NCBI RefSeq assembly: GCF_001447785.1
Contig: NW_015169173.1
Location: 1,025,979-1,089,978, forward strand
Reading direction: 5' to 3'
Length of the DNA: 64,000 nt
Origin: Gekko japonicus
Lineage: Eukaryota
The position numbers and the translations under genes are program-made. A model generated the notes under the pieces. That model did no database searches. It saw nothing but the letters and a program-made list of their open reading frames with translations, and was not told the origin of the DNA. Each line of letters begins with the position of its first letter. Positions within the stretch are counted from its first letter, which is position 1. Positions 45,501 to 57,122 of this stretch are shown here, piece after piece.

Positions 45501-47005
45501 ATAAGTCCCTCCAGCTCTTTTTCTACGAAACGACCCGTCTAGAAACATTCGCCTTTTTGCTTTTTGAAATTGAGATTATCATAGAGATTTTGGATATGTC
45601 TAAACTTCTGCTGCCTACCTATGCATCCATACTCCCCTGGCTGGGAGCCATATTCCTCTCCCCCCAAGCTAGCATACTTAAAATAAAAATTTCTTTCACT
45701 GTCTTTTCCATCTACATACATTTAACCTCTGGAATTGTTTGCTATTTAGACAGACTAGTACTGGTTGTAAAAAAACAAAAAAGATACATTAATAGAGTTT
45801 TTTTGTATCAGCAGCATTTAGGTGGGATAGAGAAGGAACGTTTTTAAATTTCTACTTTGGAAGACAGGAGGGAACAACTTGTGATGAAGGGATTTTCTGA
45901 TTTACAGTAGAGAAACAGTTGCTGGCCCCCATAAGAAATGGAATTTTGGACAAAATGGATTTTGGCTAGCAGTGATTGGCTTGCTGTCTTTTGGCCATGG
46001 AAATATTTGAGAGGTGGGTGGAAACACTAGGTCATAGCTCTGTCACCTCCAAGTTCATAGTGTGTTGTCTTCTTATCTCAGTTTATGAATAACAAAGGAA
46101 GTCTGATGCCAGAATACCAAGAATGTAGGGTACAGAAAATCTTCCTTTGGAAACCTCACTTCCTAGGAATTATGTGGAGAATCCTGAATGTGCTAGATCA
46201 CAGATCCCTAGTCTTATTTAATCTGTAGGCACTTTTGGAATTTTGGCAACAGGTAATAGGCACTAGAACAAAGTGGCTGCCATGGGGGAGTAAGGATTGA
46301 TCATAAAATGGCCGCAATGAGGGATGGACCTCACTACGATGTTGGGAAGGTTCCAAAAATATTAGCAGTGCCAAAGCAAGCATGCTGCTATGATGGAGAC
46401 AGCTGTATCCAAATGAGTGCTTGCTAGTCACCAAGGTGATGCTTTTTTGGGCTCTTCTAACATGCCTTCTCTAGGGAAGTGGAAAGCAGGATTGGCTGTT
46501 GGTTTAGGGAAGCATCAAGTAGGTGCCAGAGACATTGGGCATTACTGCATGCTTAGTGTTGCCAGAAGGAAAACACTACAATACCTTCAGTTCACTACTC
46601 TGGAATATAATAAAAGAGTACTTATGTTACAAATGGAGTTCAGTGTTAATGGCTTTGGGGGCTAGTTTTGTGAGGTTTATAAGCACTGAGCAAAATGGCA
46701 AGTAGTGCTAATTTCTAGTGTATTTGAATTATGATGCAACTTGGGCAGGGGATGTAAAAGATTTGAAACCTCCTAATAGCTTCCTTTTGCTAATGCCATC
46801 TTTCCCCCACTTTTTCTCTTTGCCTGGCTCCAGGTGTGTGATCTGCATGCTGGATTTTGTATATGGAGACCCCATCCGGTTCCTGCCATGCTTGCACATC
46901 TACCATGTACACTGCATTGATGACTGGCTGATGCGATCATTCACATGTCCTTCGTGCATGGAGCCAGTTGATGCTGCTCTGCTGTCCTCCTATGAGACTA
47001 ATTGA
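39120..47005 (+). CDS. RING finger protein 11-like (RING-H2 E3 ligase with PPxY motif), complete, 3 exons, 157 aa
   Basis: join(39120..39251,43884..44053,46834..47005), all GT-AG and in frame. Protein: MGGCLSSQAADDLSLLNDSTGDGASLGPGDQPPPPTSAPPPPYQ|EHAPIPVYHPTPSQARLATQLTEEEQIRIAQRIGLIQHLPKGIFDPGSEPSEKKIKE|CVICMLDFVYGDPIRFLPCLHIYHVHCIDDWLMRSFTCPSCMEPVDAALLSSYETN. Clearly RNF11 family; symbol withheld because synteny suggests a paralogue. Confidence 0.93.
39940..40108 (-). mobile_element. 5S rRNA-headed SINE, second copy
   Basis: Reverse complement of the 3632-3780 family; 5S-like gatctcagaagctaagcagg...ctggctagtatttggatgggagacc. Confidence 0.8.
40588..40965 (+). mobile_element. 5'-truncated L1 insertion
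   Basis: ORF2 C-terminal peptide ..ILYVLTVSRILVAKSWKSDKIPS.., AATAAA and short A-tail, with 19-bp TSD (40569-40587 and 40966-40984, 18/19). Confidence 0.82.
41260..41500 (-). mobile_element. CR1-type LINE/SINE 3' end
   Basis: ataagaacataac tail plus ggatcaggccaaaggcccatccagtcc. A related copy lies at ~17090-17290. Confidence 0.65.
42932..43073. mobile_element. Tc1/mariner (pogo/Tigger-like) MITE
   Basis: TA-CCCTGTTTCCCCAAAAATAAGAC ... GTCTTATTTTCGGGGAAATACGG-TA: ~23-bp TIRs flanked by TA. Confidence 0.8.
43080..43335 (+). mobile_element. RTE-clade LINE 3' end
   Basis: LLYFGHIMRRQASLKKTVMLGKVEGSRKRGRPNMTWID, followed by tail aagtcagaagtgacttgatggcac. Confidence 0.85.
45223..45537. mobile_element. 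hAT-type MITE
   Basis: Imperfect TIRs CAGAGGTCATTTCG and CGAAACGACCCG, with perfect 8-bp TSD tctagaaa (45215-45222 and 45538-45545). Confidence 0.8.
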
Positions 47006-48451
47006 GGTGGCTCTGTGCCCTGCTCTTGTGAATGTTTCCAGGCCTGGGCTATGTGGGAGGCTAGGAGGTGGCACACACTTTTATTTGCACACTTCTGGGA
47101 TACACCAAAGAATTCTGTGGTGAAGAACCCTGGTCTCAGACCTCAAAGACAACACAGAGGCATTTTGGCTTGGCTGGCTGTGCTAAAGGTTGACTTGTGC
47201 CATAATTGAGCATTTGTACCCAAACTTGATGACAATTAAGGAAAAATGGTAATGCTGGAGTTGTCCTTTCACTCCTTCCACAAATCTTTGTACGTCAAGT
47301 TTGTTGTCTGAAATAATTCTTTGCTCTCATGTCCTTCTAATTCCTCACTGAGTTTGCAGGTAGGGTTTTGTTCACTGATCTTGGGATTTCAGGTTAGAGG
47401 AATTCTAGGGTTCTGGTTGGTTTGCAGTGGAATCTGGGCCTTTCTCAAAGCATTTTTAGCACTCACTCTTTCATTGCATGAAAGGAACGGTGCTTAGTAT
47501 TACTGGGTGGCAACAGCAGTGGTATTTATGTTGACCACTGTTGAAGTATATGTGCTGCACTGCAGAAGAGAAACATACAATTCTTTGAGAGACACTTTGT
47601 GGACAGAAACATTGGGGGTGGGGCTATAGCTTGTTAGGGTTAGCTGGAAGAAGAGTGCTTCTCTTTCAAAGTTCATGTTTCAGCTAAGGAGACTGCCCAG
47701 AGGAATGCTTCCTTCTCTTGTTTTCTGCTTTTAAAGTGTTTTTCTCAATCAGGATGGGTTTTTTTTAATCCTTTCTGAAGTGTTTGCAGGTTAGGCTCCT
47801 GTGCTAATATTCTAAAGTTCATAGGAAAGGGGGTACACAGGCTCCATAGAGAATGATTTTATCTTGTCACATGACTAGAACAGATTTAGAGAAGCAAACA
47901 GTATTTTCTCTCCCACACTGAAATACTCATTCAGGTGTAGTTAACTGGATTGCTGTTTGATAAGTGAAGATGGCTCACAGTTCAGAATTTCTCCATGAAA
48001 TTATCTAGCAAAAGCAGCATTGACAGTTTTTAGACAATCCTGATGGCAAGCTTGTACAGCGAGAGTTGGCAAAGTTATTTGTAAATAAGAATTTTATAGA
48101 AGGTTGGTGCTTCAGTACAGTGAAATCCTTTCAAGAGACTTGACTATGGGTTAAGGCATTTAAGTGCACTACTATAAAAAGTGAAGACATTTTTGCTTGG
48201 CTGTTTGCCCAATGTTTGCTGTTTGCCTTACACAAGTTCAAGTAAAAACTCTTGTCTCATAGGAAACTGCCAGCACAGCCCACTGGTTAGTGCCAAGCAG
48301 CAAGTCCCTCCATTTGGAAAGGTTGCCCTTAGTTATGCTATGTTGTTTATTGCCTTGCAAGTGGAGAGGCGTGAAAGTGCTTTTCTGATTATGTATTATC
48401 CTTAACAAGGATTTAGCATTTGAAAGTAAAACCAATGTATATTGCATTCAA

Positions 48452-48461
48452 ATTAAATAAA
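48452..48461 (+). terminator. Candidate polyadenylation signal of the RNF11-like gene
   Basis: Overlapping ATTAAA/AATAAA about 1.45 kb after the stop codon, followed by a T-rich downstream element. Confidence 0.6.
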
Positions 48462-49875
48462 AGAGATTGCCTATAATCTCTTGGATTTTTTCTCTTTTTA
48501 CAAAAAATTAAAACGACTGCCCCCATCCCTTCCATCATTTTTTTTCAATTACAGTGAAACTTGGTGAATTTTTCTAGTGGTGAATCCTTAGGGATTCGAT
48601 TCTGCTCCACTTTTCTCTTTCCCAGTAAATGGAGTGATAAGGGGTCAGCTGCAGCCCTGAATATAGTTTATTGCTATAACAGATAATGAAAACTACCTGA
48701 ACTACTACTCCGCCTGCAGCCCCTCCCTCCCCCACACACTTCATTTCTCAGGTGATTCAGACATCCAAATGTAAGTGATAACTACCATTCAGGAGCGCTC
48801 TGTCTGCAGTGGTACCAAAAATGCCAGAATATTTCTAGCCATTCTACTTTACTATGATGGGGAAGAGATGCTAGACTATAAAAGCCTCAAAACATGGTAA
48901 AGGAAGGGATGAAGTAGAAGCTGAATACAGCAAAATAGAAGAGACTATAATTCAAAAAAAGCTATTTCCCAGATTTCGAATTAGGGAAGTTTGACTTCTG
49001 TAGACCCCCAGAACTTCTGAGACTCCATGGACATAGTCCATTCAGGAGGAAACAACCCTATTAATTACAGATTAGTAGGATTAAAGGGGTTAGTGGGTAA
49101 AGAATCAAATGTTTAATGTTCACATGAAGATACACTTGGAAGGAAATCAATTTAAGAGAAGGGCAAAAATTCAGTGGCAGAGCATCTGCTTGGCATGTAG
49201 AAGTCCCAATCCTCCTGGTAAAACAATCAGGTAATAAGTGGCGTGAAAAACCTTTACCTAAGACTCTGGAGCCATTGCCAGTCTGACAGTACTGACCTTG
49301 ATGGACCAATGCATTAAGTCAGCATAAAGCAGCAATATCTAGAACATTCTGGTAACGTTTCAATGCAAAATACAATTGCGTCTTTAAACATTTCTACCCA
49401 TCATGAAAGAAATCTAGTTTGTTCACACAAGCAGCATTTATTTTTTCCATTCTATCGCATGCATTAATATTAATATAAACTGGCTGTTTACAGCGGACTA
49501 ACTGTATCTACCTATACGAGTTTTTTCCTAGCTACCTATCATACAAATGGCGTCCCTATAACCAGTAAGTTTACCTAATAGTTTTTCCATATGGTCATGT
49601 ACCCAGAAGAGAGAAAATAAGTGCTAGCTGCTTGTGTGAAACAAAACTATCATTTGGGTCACCTAGAACAAATTGGCAAATGAATACCTGCATGGCTCAT
49701 AGCCATTCCTTTCTTCATCAATAAGCTGAACTGTCCCTACATTGTAGGCAACTGACACCATCTCTGACATTAGCTGGTGATTATGTCAAAAATAGATCTT
49801 CTCAAGACAGTTCTGGAACTGTGAGTTACAAATAGGTTAACAGCTGTTCCTTGCTGCTTGAAGCATATGATATGT

Positions 49876-51073
49876 CAGAGGTGGAAAATGGTCAGAAAAA
49901 TCAGTAAAAGTCCGTTTTTTCATCTTGGTAATTTTTCAGTTTTTTTTTTTTTTAAAAAGATCAGTAAAGTTAGTATTTCTTTGTTTTCATGAATGCAATT
50001 TGTGGTGTTCTTGTTTTCGTTACTGCATTTTGGGGGAAACAATGACTTCCCAGTGAGAAAAGAGATTCCCCCCCCCTCCAAAGTTCAGAGATAGTGCAAC
50101 AAGAACAGAACTTATCTGGGTAATAAAAACAATTTCAGTTGACTTCACTTTTGAGCCACCTTGTGAACATATTGGGGAAACTTTCCAGTTTGTGTTTCCA
50201 AATGCAGTGCCCCAACATCTTCCCTTATTAAGGACAAAGGCATGGTATCTAACAGATGTGCTGGCCCCATACTTCAGAAAACAGTTACCGAAGGACTTCA
50301 ATGGTACATATTACACCTTGTGCTATGATGAAACCGCAAATGCACCATCTTACAAAGAATGGCAGGTAGCTGTTAGATACTGATCACCAACCAAAAACAT
50401 GATTGTGACCAGGCACCTCCAGACCTTTTTTTATGGGTTTGACAACAGCTAAAGATATTTACAGTAAACTGGAGGAAGCTTTGGATTTGGCACAACTTCC
50501 TTGGTCAAAACTGCTAATGCTAAGTAAACATGGGCCAAATGTCAACAACGCTGCCACTAAATGATTATCTTATTTTGAGAGACAGCCTGTTGGCACTTGT
50601 AACATTCATCTAGTTCATAATGTGTTCCATAGGGGCCTGGCACAACTGGGAGACGATGTACCAAATTTAATTTTCCTTCACAATGGGAGGATTTCACAAA
50701 AATTCAAAGAGATCTTACTATCCCAAATATCATTGCTTGAAACATGTTTCTTCTAGATGGTTCTCACTAGAGTGCTGCTGCAAGACTGACTGAACAGTGG
50801 CCAGCAGTACTTTAAGGACTTCGTTCCTAAGAGTAAAAGTGCTTTGGTGAAATCTTCCACAAAGTATAGAAACATAATTAACCTCTTAAAACATAAGACA
50901 ATGAAAGTAGAGGTGATGTTTTCTTGCACAAGTGCCCACTTATTTATAAAGTTCACTGGCGTGTTCCAGAAAGAAGAGCCTTTGGTGCATGGGATGCAGT
51001 TTTGTCAGTATTTGGCCAGTTTTTTGGAATTTGGAATCAATAATTTTACCCCTTTGACTAGTTTTCATCCCTG
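49876..51073 (+). mobile_element. Internally deleted hAT-superfamily DNA transposon with transposase remnant
   Basis: Degenerate TIRs CAGAGGTGGAAAATGGTCA and TGACTAGTTTTCATCCCTG. Broken ORF with YTLCYDET...VRY, LMLS..GPNVN, C.IH.VHN and KHVSSRW motifs (DDE/CxxH/RW pattern). Confidence 0.8.
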
Positions 51074-53152
51074 TGAACAGGTTAACAGCTGTTCCTTTCT
51101 GCTTGAAGCATATGATATGAAACAGTTCATCCTACATAATTGCATAATTTAAGATCAACTGCTCAAGTAGGACAGTTAGACTGGTCTTCTTNNNNNNNNN
51201 NNNNNNACGCGTCTTCTTGCCCTACACTTCTAGTGTATGTTTGTTATTCAATAGTGACCCTGATCAGTGGTTGCCCTGGAATGGCTAGCTCTATGGGACT
51301 CTGAGAAGTAACTACTACCAATTCTTGTAAAGTAGTTAATTAATCCCATAATAGGAGATGCCCCATGCTATGCTCCCAACTGTGGGGTAAAAAAACTGCA
51401 GTTAAAACTGACAAATATCCACAATAATTTTTTATTTTTAAAAGTTAGTATTTTGAGTGATTATTGGCATTGATTGCTGGGCTGTGTAGGTCAAAAGCAA
51501 TAAAGGTGAGCCTAACCACATATGTAATAGGGAAGCAAATTGCCACTGCTTATAATCAAATACTAGTGAAATATTTAAGCCTCTACTGCTGCTTCAGACT
51601 TTCAACAGCAGACAGTGCCTCCAACTGGTTGAAATTCCACGAAATGTTCTTAGTGTTAAAAAAAGAACATTGTTTTCTCCACCTCAGGGATCTTTAAGTT
51701 TCCTATGTAAGTTCCAAAGTTGTTGTGAGACAGAAAGCAGTGACATTTTGTAAATGAGAGTATATATAGATCATCTGGTTTGTATGCTCTTTCATAAACA
51801 CTTTCATTTATTAACCATCCAGATAGTCTTATCACAGATGATGGTAGATTAGCTCAAGTGGTCCTCCTTCAGCATGTGATTTGCATGTTTAACACTTACA
51901 GGTTAGGTATTTTTAATATCCTCCCCAACAAAACTGCCTGTTCCATTAAAAGGCCCTAGCACAAAGGTGCAATTCAGAAGTTATCCCAACTGCTCCTTAG
52001 CATAAAACTGGAAGTGATGTAATTAGATCTCTGAAAGATCTAGTTAATATTTTCTAGGAATATACCAGAAGCCTTTCTACAAAGTTGTCATGCCCAGCCA
52101 CTCACAGCAACAATAGAACTCATTGTTGTCTGTGCCAGGGATTACATCTCAGCACTCAGAATACTAACAAGAATAGTGTAGAGAATCCAATTGGGAACAC
52201 TAAGGACAGATAAAAAGCCAGGTCATGTCCACAGCAGGCTATTGCCAAACCAGCAGCCACAGACCCATAGTTCTAAGCCTGTGGTCACAGTCCAAGAACT
52301 CTAGGCACACAGCTCAAGGCAAGGACATAAGGGCAGGTTAAAGGCTAAAATCATGATATTTGGAGTTCCATTTGTCCTAGGCAAGCCTTTGGTAATTTTA
52401 ACCAGTTTTTTACCAATATGTTCATGGTACAGTGTTAAGTGCAGAACAAGTTTCTACCTTCTTAGCTAGGAAAGAGGCACAGAATAATCCCTGGTGCTGG
52501 ATTGCAGCATGCATAGAAGACTAGAACAGGCTTAAGCAGCAGCAACTGGAATTCAAAATGAAAACCACACAACCCACTGCAATACTACAGTGAAACGGGT
52601 AAAAAAAGGCAGAAACGCAGTCACAAACTTGCCGCATACCAAGAAACCCCACAGCAGTCTTTTTTCATCAGCTACAGATAAGGAAAACTGAAAGTGCTCT
52701 GGGGTTACCACAGCCAGCAGCACAGATCAGCTAGCTGTGACTGCATTTAAGTTCACCTTCAATAGGAAGATATCATTTGGCAGAGATGGAGTCAGTTGGC
52801 TGACCCCATGGTGGAAACTTCAGGAGTAATGTTAAGCAAAGGCTGTGTGCCTTGGGGTGTAATGGGAGAGGTATCTTGCCTGGTGATTCAAGGAAAAACA
52901 TGACAGACCAATTCCACTATTTGGGGATTACAAGTAAAAAAAAAATCTGCAGCTAAGTCAAAGTTCTTCGTTGTCGGGGGGGGGGGAGAAAACAATAAAT
53001 GAACCATTGAAGGAAGCTCTAAGTTCCCAGGTATAAAAGTATGGCAAGTCACCTGCTGCCATGGCAGCACTCAGTCTGTAGGGCAGAGCTAGTTTCCTTC
53101 GCTGTTTTAAATAATTATGTACATCAGAGACAGTCCAGGCTGGAGCTGAAAG

Positions 53153-56100
53153 TTATTTCACCAAAGGACGGGTTTTATCATCATCACTGCACTGGTGGGC
53201 TTTGTACTTTTTCACTTCAGCCATATATTTGGCCCATGCATCTCCCTTACTTGTCAAAACCTACAAGAGACAAGAATGGAAAGGAAAAACAGAAATTACA
53301 CAGAATCCTTGCATTTTCATAGTTAAGAACCCATAACCAGTGGCCCATAAGTGGCCTAGGGCATCCATCTACAAGACCAAGTTGCAATGTACCCCTTGTT
53401 GGGACTTGAACTGGGGAGGCCCCTTGCTCAGCAACTGGCTAGACTCTCAGCGTAACAGACCACACAGGGCTGCTGTGAAGATTAAATGCATTCACCACTG
53501 ATAATGGAGAAAGGAAGTGCTCTTGTCTTACTCCTGAAGATGCTTTTAAGCAATCCCCTGATAATAAAGGTTCTGCTTCTGATATAGAGCAGGAGACTAT
53601 CTCACAGAAAACAGAATTTCATGCAACATGGTTGTTCAACTATTCTCTTTCAAAAGAAACTCTATGGAGGCTGTCTCTTGAACTCCAACTGATTGGTCAT
53701 CAAAATTCAACTACCCAGCAGCTATTCAAATACAAAAAAGATGGCTTTCTTCATGAAGAACTAGATCCCAAGTGCAACACAACCAACACTCTTGGATGAG
53801 ATGAAGGCAGAAATGCCATAGCTTAACCTTCCACCCACATTAAAGCTGGCTGAAAAGAAACAGGAGGCTCTCACTTGTTTTTTACAAGGCTGATGCTGTG
53901 CTATGGCCTGTCAGTTGGCTATCTTTGAGACTTACCACAAGCCTTGTCTCAACTTACCTCATCCTCTGTCTTTTGTTTCTTGGCTACCACTCCTGTCTTC
54001 AGGGCTAGTTTGCTGCCCCCTCTCCGCTTGCCCACCTGGGTGAAGGGATAGAAGACTGCAACCGTTATAGGAGCCCTGGGAGCTGCAAGGGGAATGTTGC
54101 CCACTATATAACGGTATAGGGAGTCCTTCAATTAGATCATCTTAACTCGCCATCACACCTGTCAGTCTGTACAGAGCTGCCGAGCGTTATTTACACCGTT
54201 GCGCTAGGAGGGTAAAATGGCACCTTAGCAGTGTTCAGCAATACATCTGTACAGTTAAGCCCAAACATAAAAACAATGACAAATAACAAGAAAAGGGAAG
54301 TATCCAAACTTTTTCCATGCTTGCTTCTACTTATGAAATACCACTGAATTTTTACTGACTCCCTTTCAACATCACTGCCTTACTGCAGCATACATATGAA
54401 ATGGTTTAATTATCTGATAATTAAGTCAGCAGAACTAACTATGCCCCATAGACTAATCAAAGTCCAACTAACCAAATGCAGACAGGTAAAGAATGAGCTG
54501 TTCATTTATATGCCTAGTGCTATGCACACTAATGTCACCCTACATGCATCAAGCAATCTGGATTCCTAATAGCACCTGAAAACTTAAGATTCAATGTTTC
54601 AAACTTCATTTTTAAAAGATAATTTCTACTCCAGAGGAAAAAAAATAAGAAATGAAAGTAGAATTCAGTGATCACAAACAGATGCCACAGCATCCTGCTT
54701 GCCTCACACACTCCTGAAATGTTTCATGTACCATACTCTGCCTCTGTTCCTTGCTAATGTCACTGCAAAAATCTTTCCACCTCCATATCACAAACAAATA
54801 AAACACACATGCACATAAATTATATTAGAATGACAATCAGATCAGGAAAGGTTTGCTTATTTTCTGGTTATTACATTAGAACAGGATGTCTCCCTGAGTT
54901 ATTAAAACCTGATCACAAACTCTACAGTCACATCTGCATTGGCCAGCATGAGGACTGGCAGCATACCAGCCGAATCTAGAAACAGTACCCCAATTAGTAC
55001 AATGAAAGGGATTCATTTCTATTCCAGGAACTATACTGGAATGAAACTTTCCACAACAGCTCTTCTGAGATAGACATTAAAGTGTTTCATTATATTCACC
55101 AGCAGCAGCAGAGTTGAGAAAGGAAAAATATGTCTGTTTTTACATGACTACAAGCAGGTTGTTATTATTCTCCTCTAACAGTTTTTAAAAGCCTGTACCA
55201 GTCCAACAGATATTTCTCTATAAATCACGTAAAACAAGGCATTATGTTGTGAAATCTGCATGTAAACAGCAAAAAGTTCTTGCACGTCTGCTGTTTTCAC
55301 TTTAAAGCAATCTTCTATGAATGTCATAACTGACACATGAATGTCATAACTGACATTTTTTTCTCCACAGAAGCAAGAAAACCATTTGACACCAACGATT
55401 TGCTTTTACTTTGGGCTTTCTTTTTTTAAAAAGAGCAGCTTTAAATTGTCATAACCATTCATCTAAAATTAAGACACAGTATACAGGAGAATGAAATTAT
55501 GAATTATATTTAGTCCTGGATACTGAAAAATTTTGCCTCAATGAAATAGCAGGGGCTGTGGGGCAAGATTACCTGAAGCCAGAGAAGACTAACTAAAATT
55601 ACAATTAATTTGGAAACAAGTCACACTGGAATAAGTAGGCACTCATATAGAGTATAGAGCTAATTAAACAAATATGGCACATTTTTTGCTTATATAGTAA
55701 CTTCCCTATACCTTAATAACACTGACAGCAGCACCCCAGAGTTACTGATGTCCAGGTCTATACTCACTTCAAAGCCAATAGTAAGAAACTTGCACAGCAC
55801 TTACTCATACTGAACACAGTAGCATTATCAGGATGTTTGGGGTTTTTTGAAAAAAATTCAAAACATTTATGCTTTTAAAAAAACCAGAAGAGAGAGGAAA
55901 AGGAGAGGTACTAAATAACTTCTCCCACCTACTAGAATCCTGCTATAAAAATGGGGCCCTTCAAAAATGATTACTAAACAGAGGAGGGTGAAAGTTTAAA
56001 AAAACAGAATTAAGAGTCTGTATGTGCTTACAGGCTGGGCCCAATGGGGGGGGAAGAATAATTAAAGTTGTTACATCCGTTGAATTTCTACCTGTTATTA

Positions 56101-56527
56101 TTCTGCCTACAGTTACATACACAGAAAACTTCAGGGGACTACCTTTAAAGAGAAAGCAAACTGAGAAAAGCCACCGGTGCTGGGTCATTTATTAGAAAGT
56201 GGCGGCTCCCAAAATAAAGCAGCTAGAGGATCTGCGCGAAGGGTTACAAGGAAAAGGAAGGTCAGTGCCCGGATCCCTTACGAAGCTAAGGGCGCTCCCG
56301 CTCCGCTTCTTCCCCGGAGGCTCCTGCTCCCCGGGCGGCTCCGTTCGTGGCTCGGTCTCTTTCTCGGTCCCAGTTCCCTGTGCCCCCGCACCGCTTTTCC
56401 CGCCAGCTGCAGCGGCCTCTTCCATGTGCCTTTTGAAGAGCTCTAGAAAAGAGCCGTCGTTGGCGAAGACGTTCACCCCGCCCGGCGCGGCCGCCTCAGA
56501 GCCTGGCCCTCCGCCTTGCGCCGCCAT
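53153..56527 (-). CDS. TRIR: Telomerase RNA component interacting RNase (C19orf43), complete, 3 exons, 143 aa
   Basis: complement(join(53153..53260,53958..54035,56282..56527)). Hallmark peptides NVFANDGSFLELFKR, SF|VGKRRGGSKLALKTGVVAKKQKTEDE|VLTSKGDAWAKYMAEVKKYKAHQCSDDDKTRPLVK*. Confidence 0.95.
55317..55355. repeat. 20-bp tandem duplication
   Basis: atgaatgtcataactgacac followed by atgaatgtcataactgaca. Confidence 0.85.
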
Positions 56528-57122
56528 CTTGCACCGTCTTCCCTACTTGAGGCTACGCGCCGCAGAGCACGATGGGGGGAAAATGTCAACGCCAGCCTCC
56601 ACCACAGGGCACGACGGGATATCTACGAGATTTGGAGAAGCCGGTGTTGCTAGGCTGCCACAGACGTCAAAAGAAAAGTGTTGCTAGTTCATGGACGTCA
56701 CACTTCGTCAGTGATGATTGAGAGAGCTCCTAAACCAACCAGAAAAGACCGTGGAAAAAACGCAGTAAATGTTTCTTAGAATTTAGAGGAAGTGAGAGGC
56801 GGGCCTTTGATGATTCTTTTGGAAACGCTAACAACCAATCAAGGCAGGGAGCTGCCGCCAATCCTCTGAAGGAAAACCAGTGTAGGCAGTACCATAATAG
56901 CCGGTCAGTTAAGGGTGTATGTTGTTGGTGAACTTTCCCCTTTGTGTGACGTACCAACTGTATTCGTCATTTTAAAGGCAACGGAGGAAACGGTCCGGGG
57001 AAGAGACGGCCGGAGCCCCTGCGCACTGCTGTTGCTCGCGAGGGTGCCGACGGAAGTGCTTCTCTCCGGTCACCCTTTACAATGGTGTAGTTGGGAGCCG
57101 TGTCACGTGACTTCGTTCTAAG
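56528..57122. promoter_or_regulatory. Bidirectional CpG-island promoter shared by TRIR and GET3
   Basis: Divergent start codons 595 bp apart. Contains CRE-like GACGTCA twice, RFX-like GTTGCTAG twice, CCAAT twice, ETS CGGAAGTG (57051-57058) and palindromic E-box GTCACGTGAC (57102-57111). Confidence 0.85.

Noticed and set aside
50192-51152. Possible domesticated transposase gene
   Set aside because: Multiple stops and frameshifts, internal deletion and retained TIRs indicate a fossil element.
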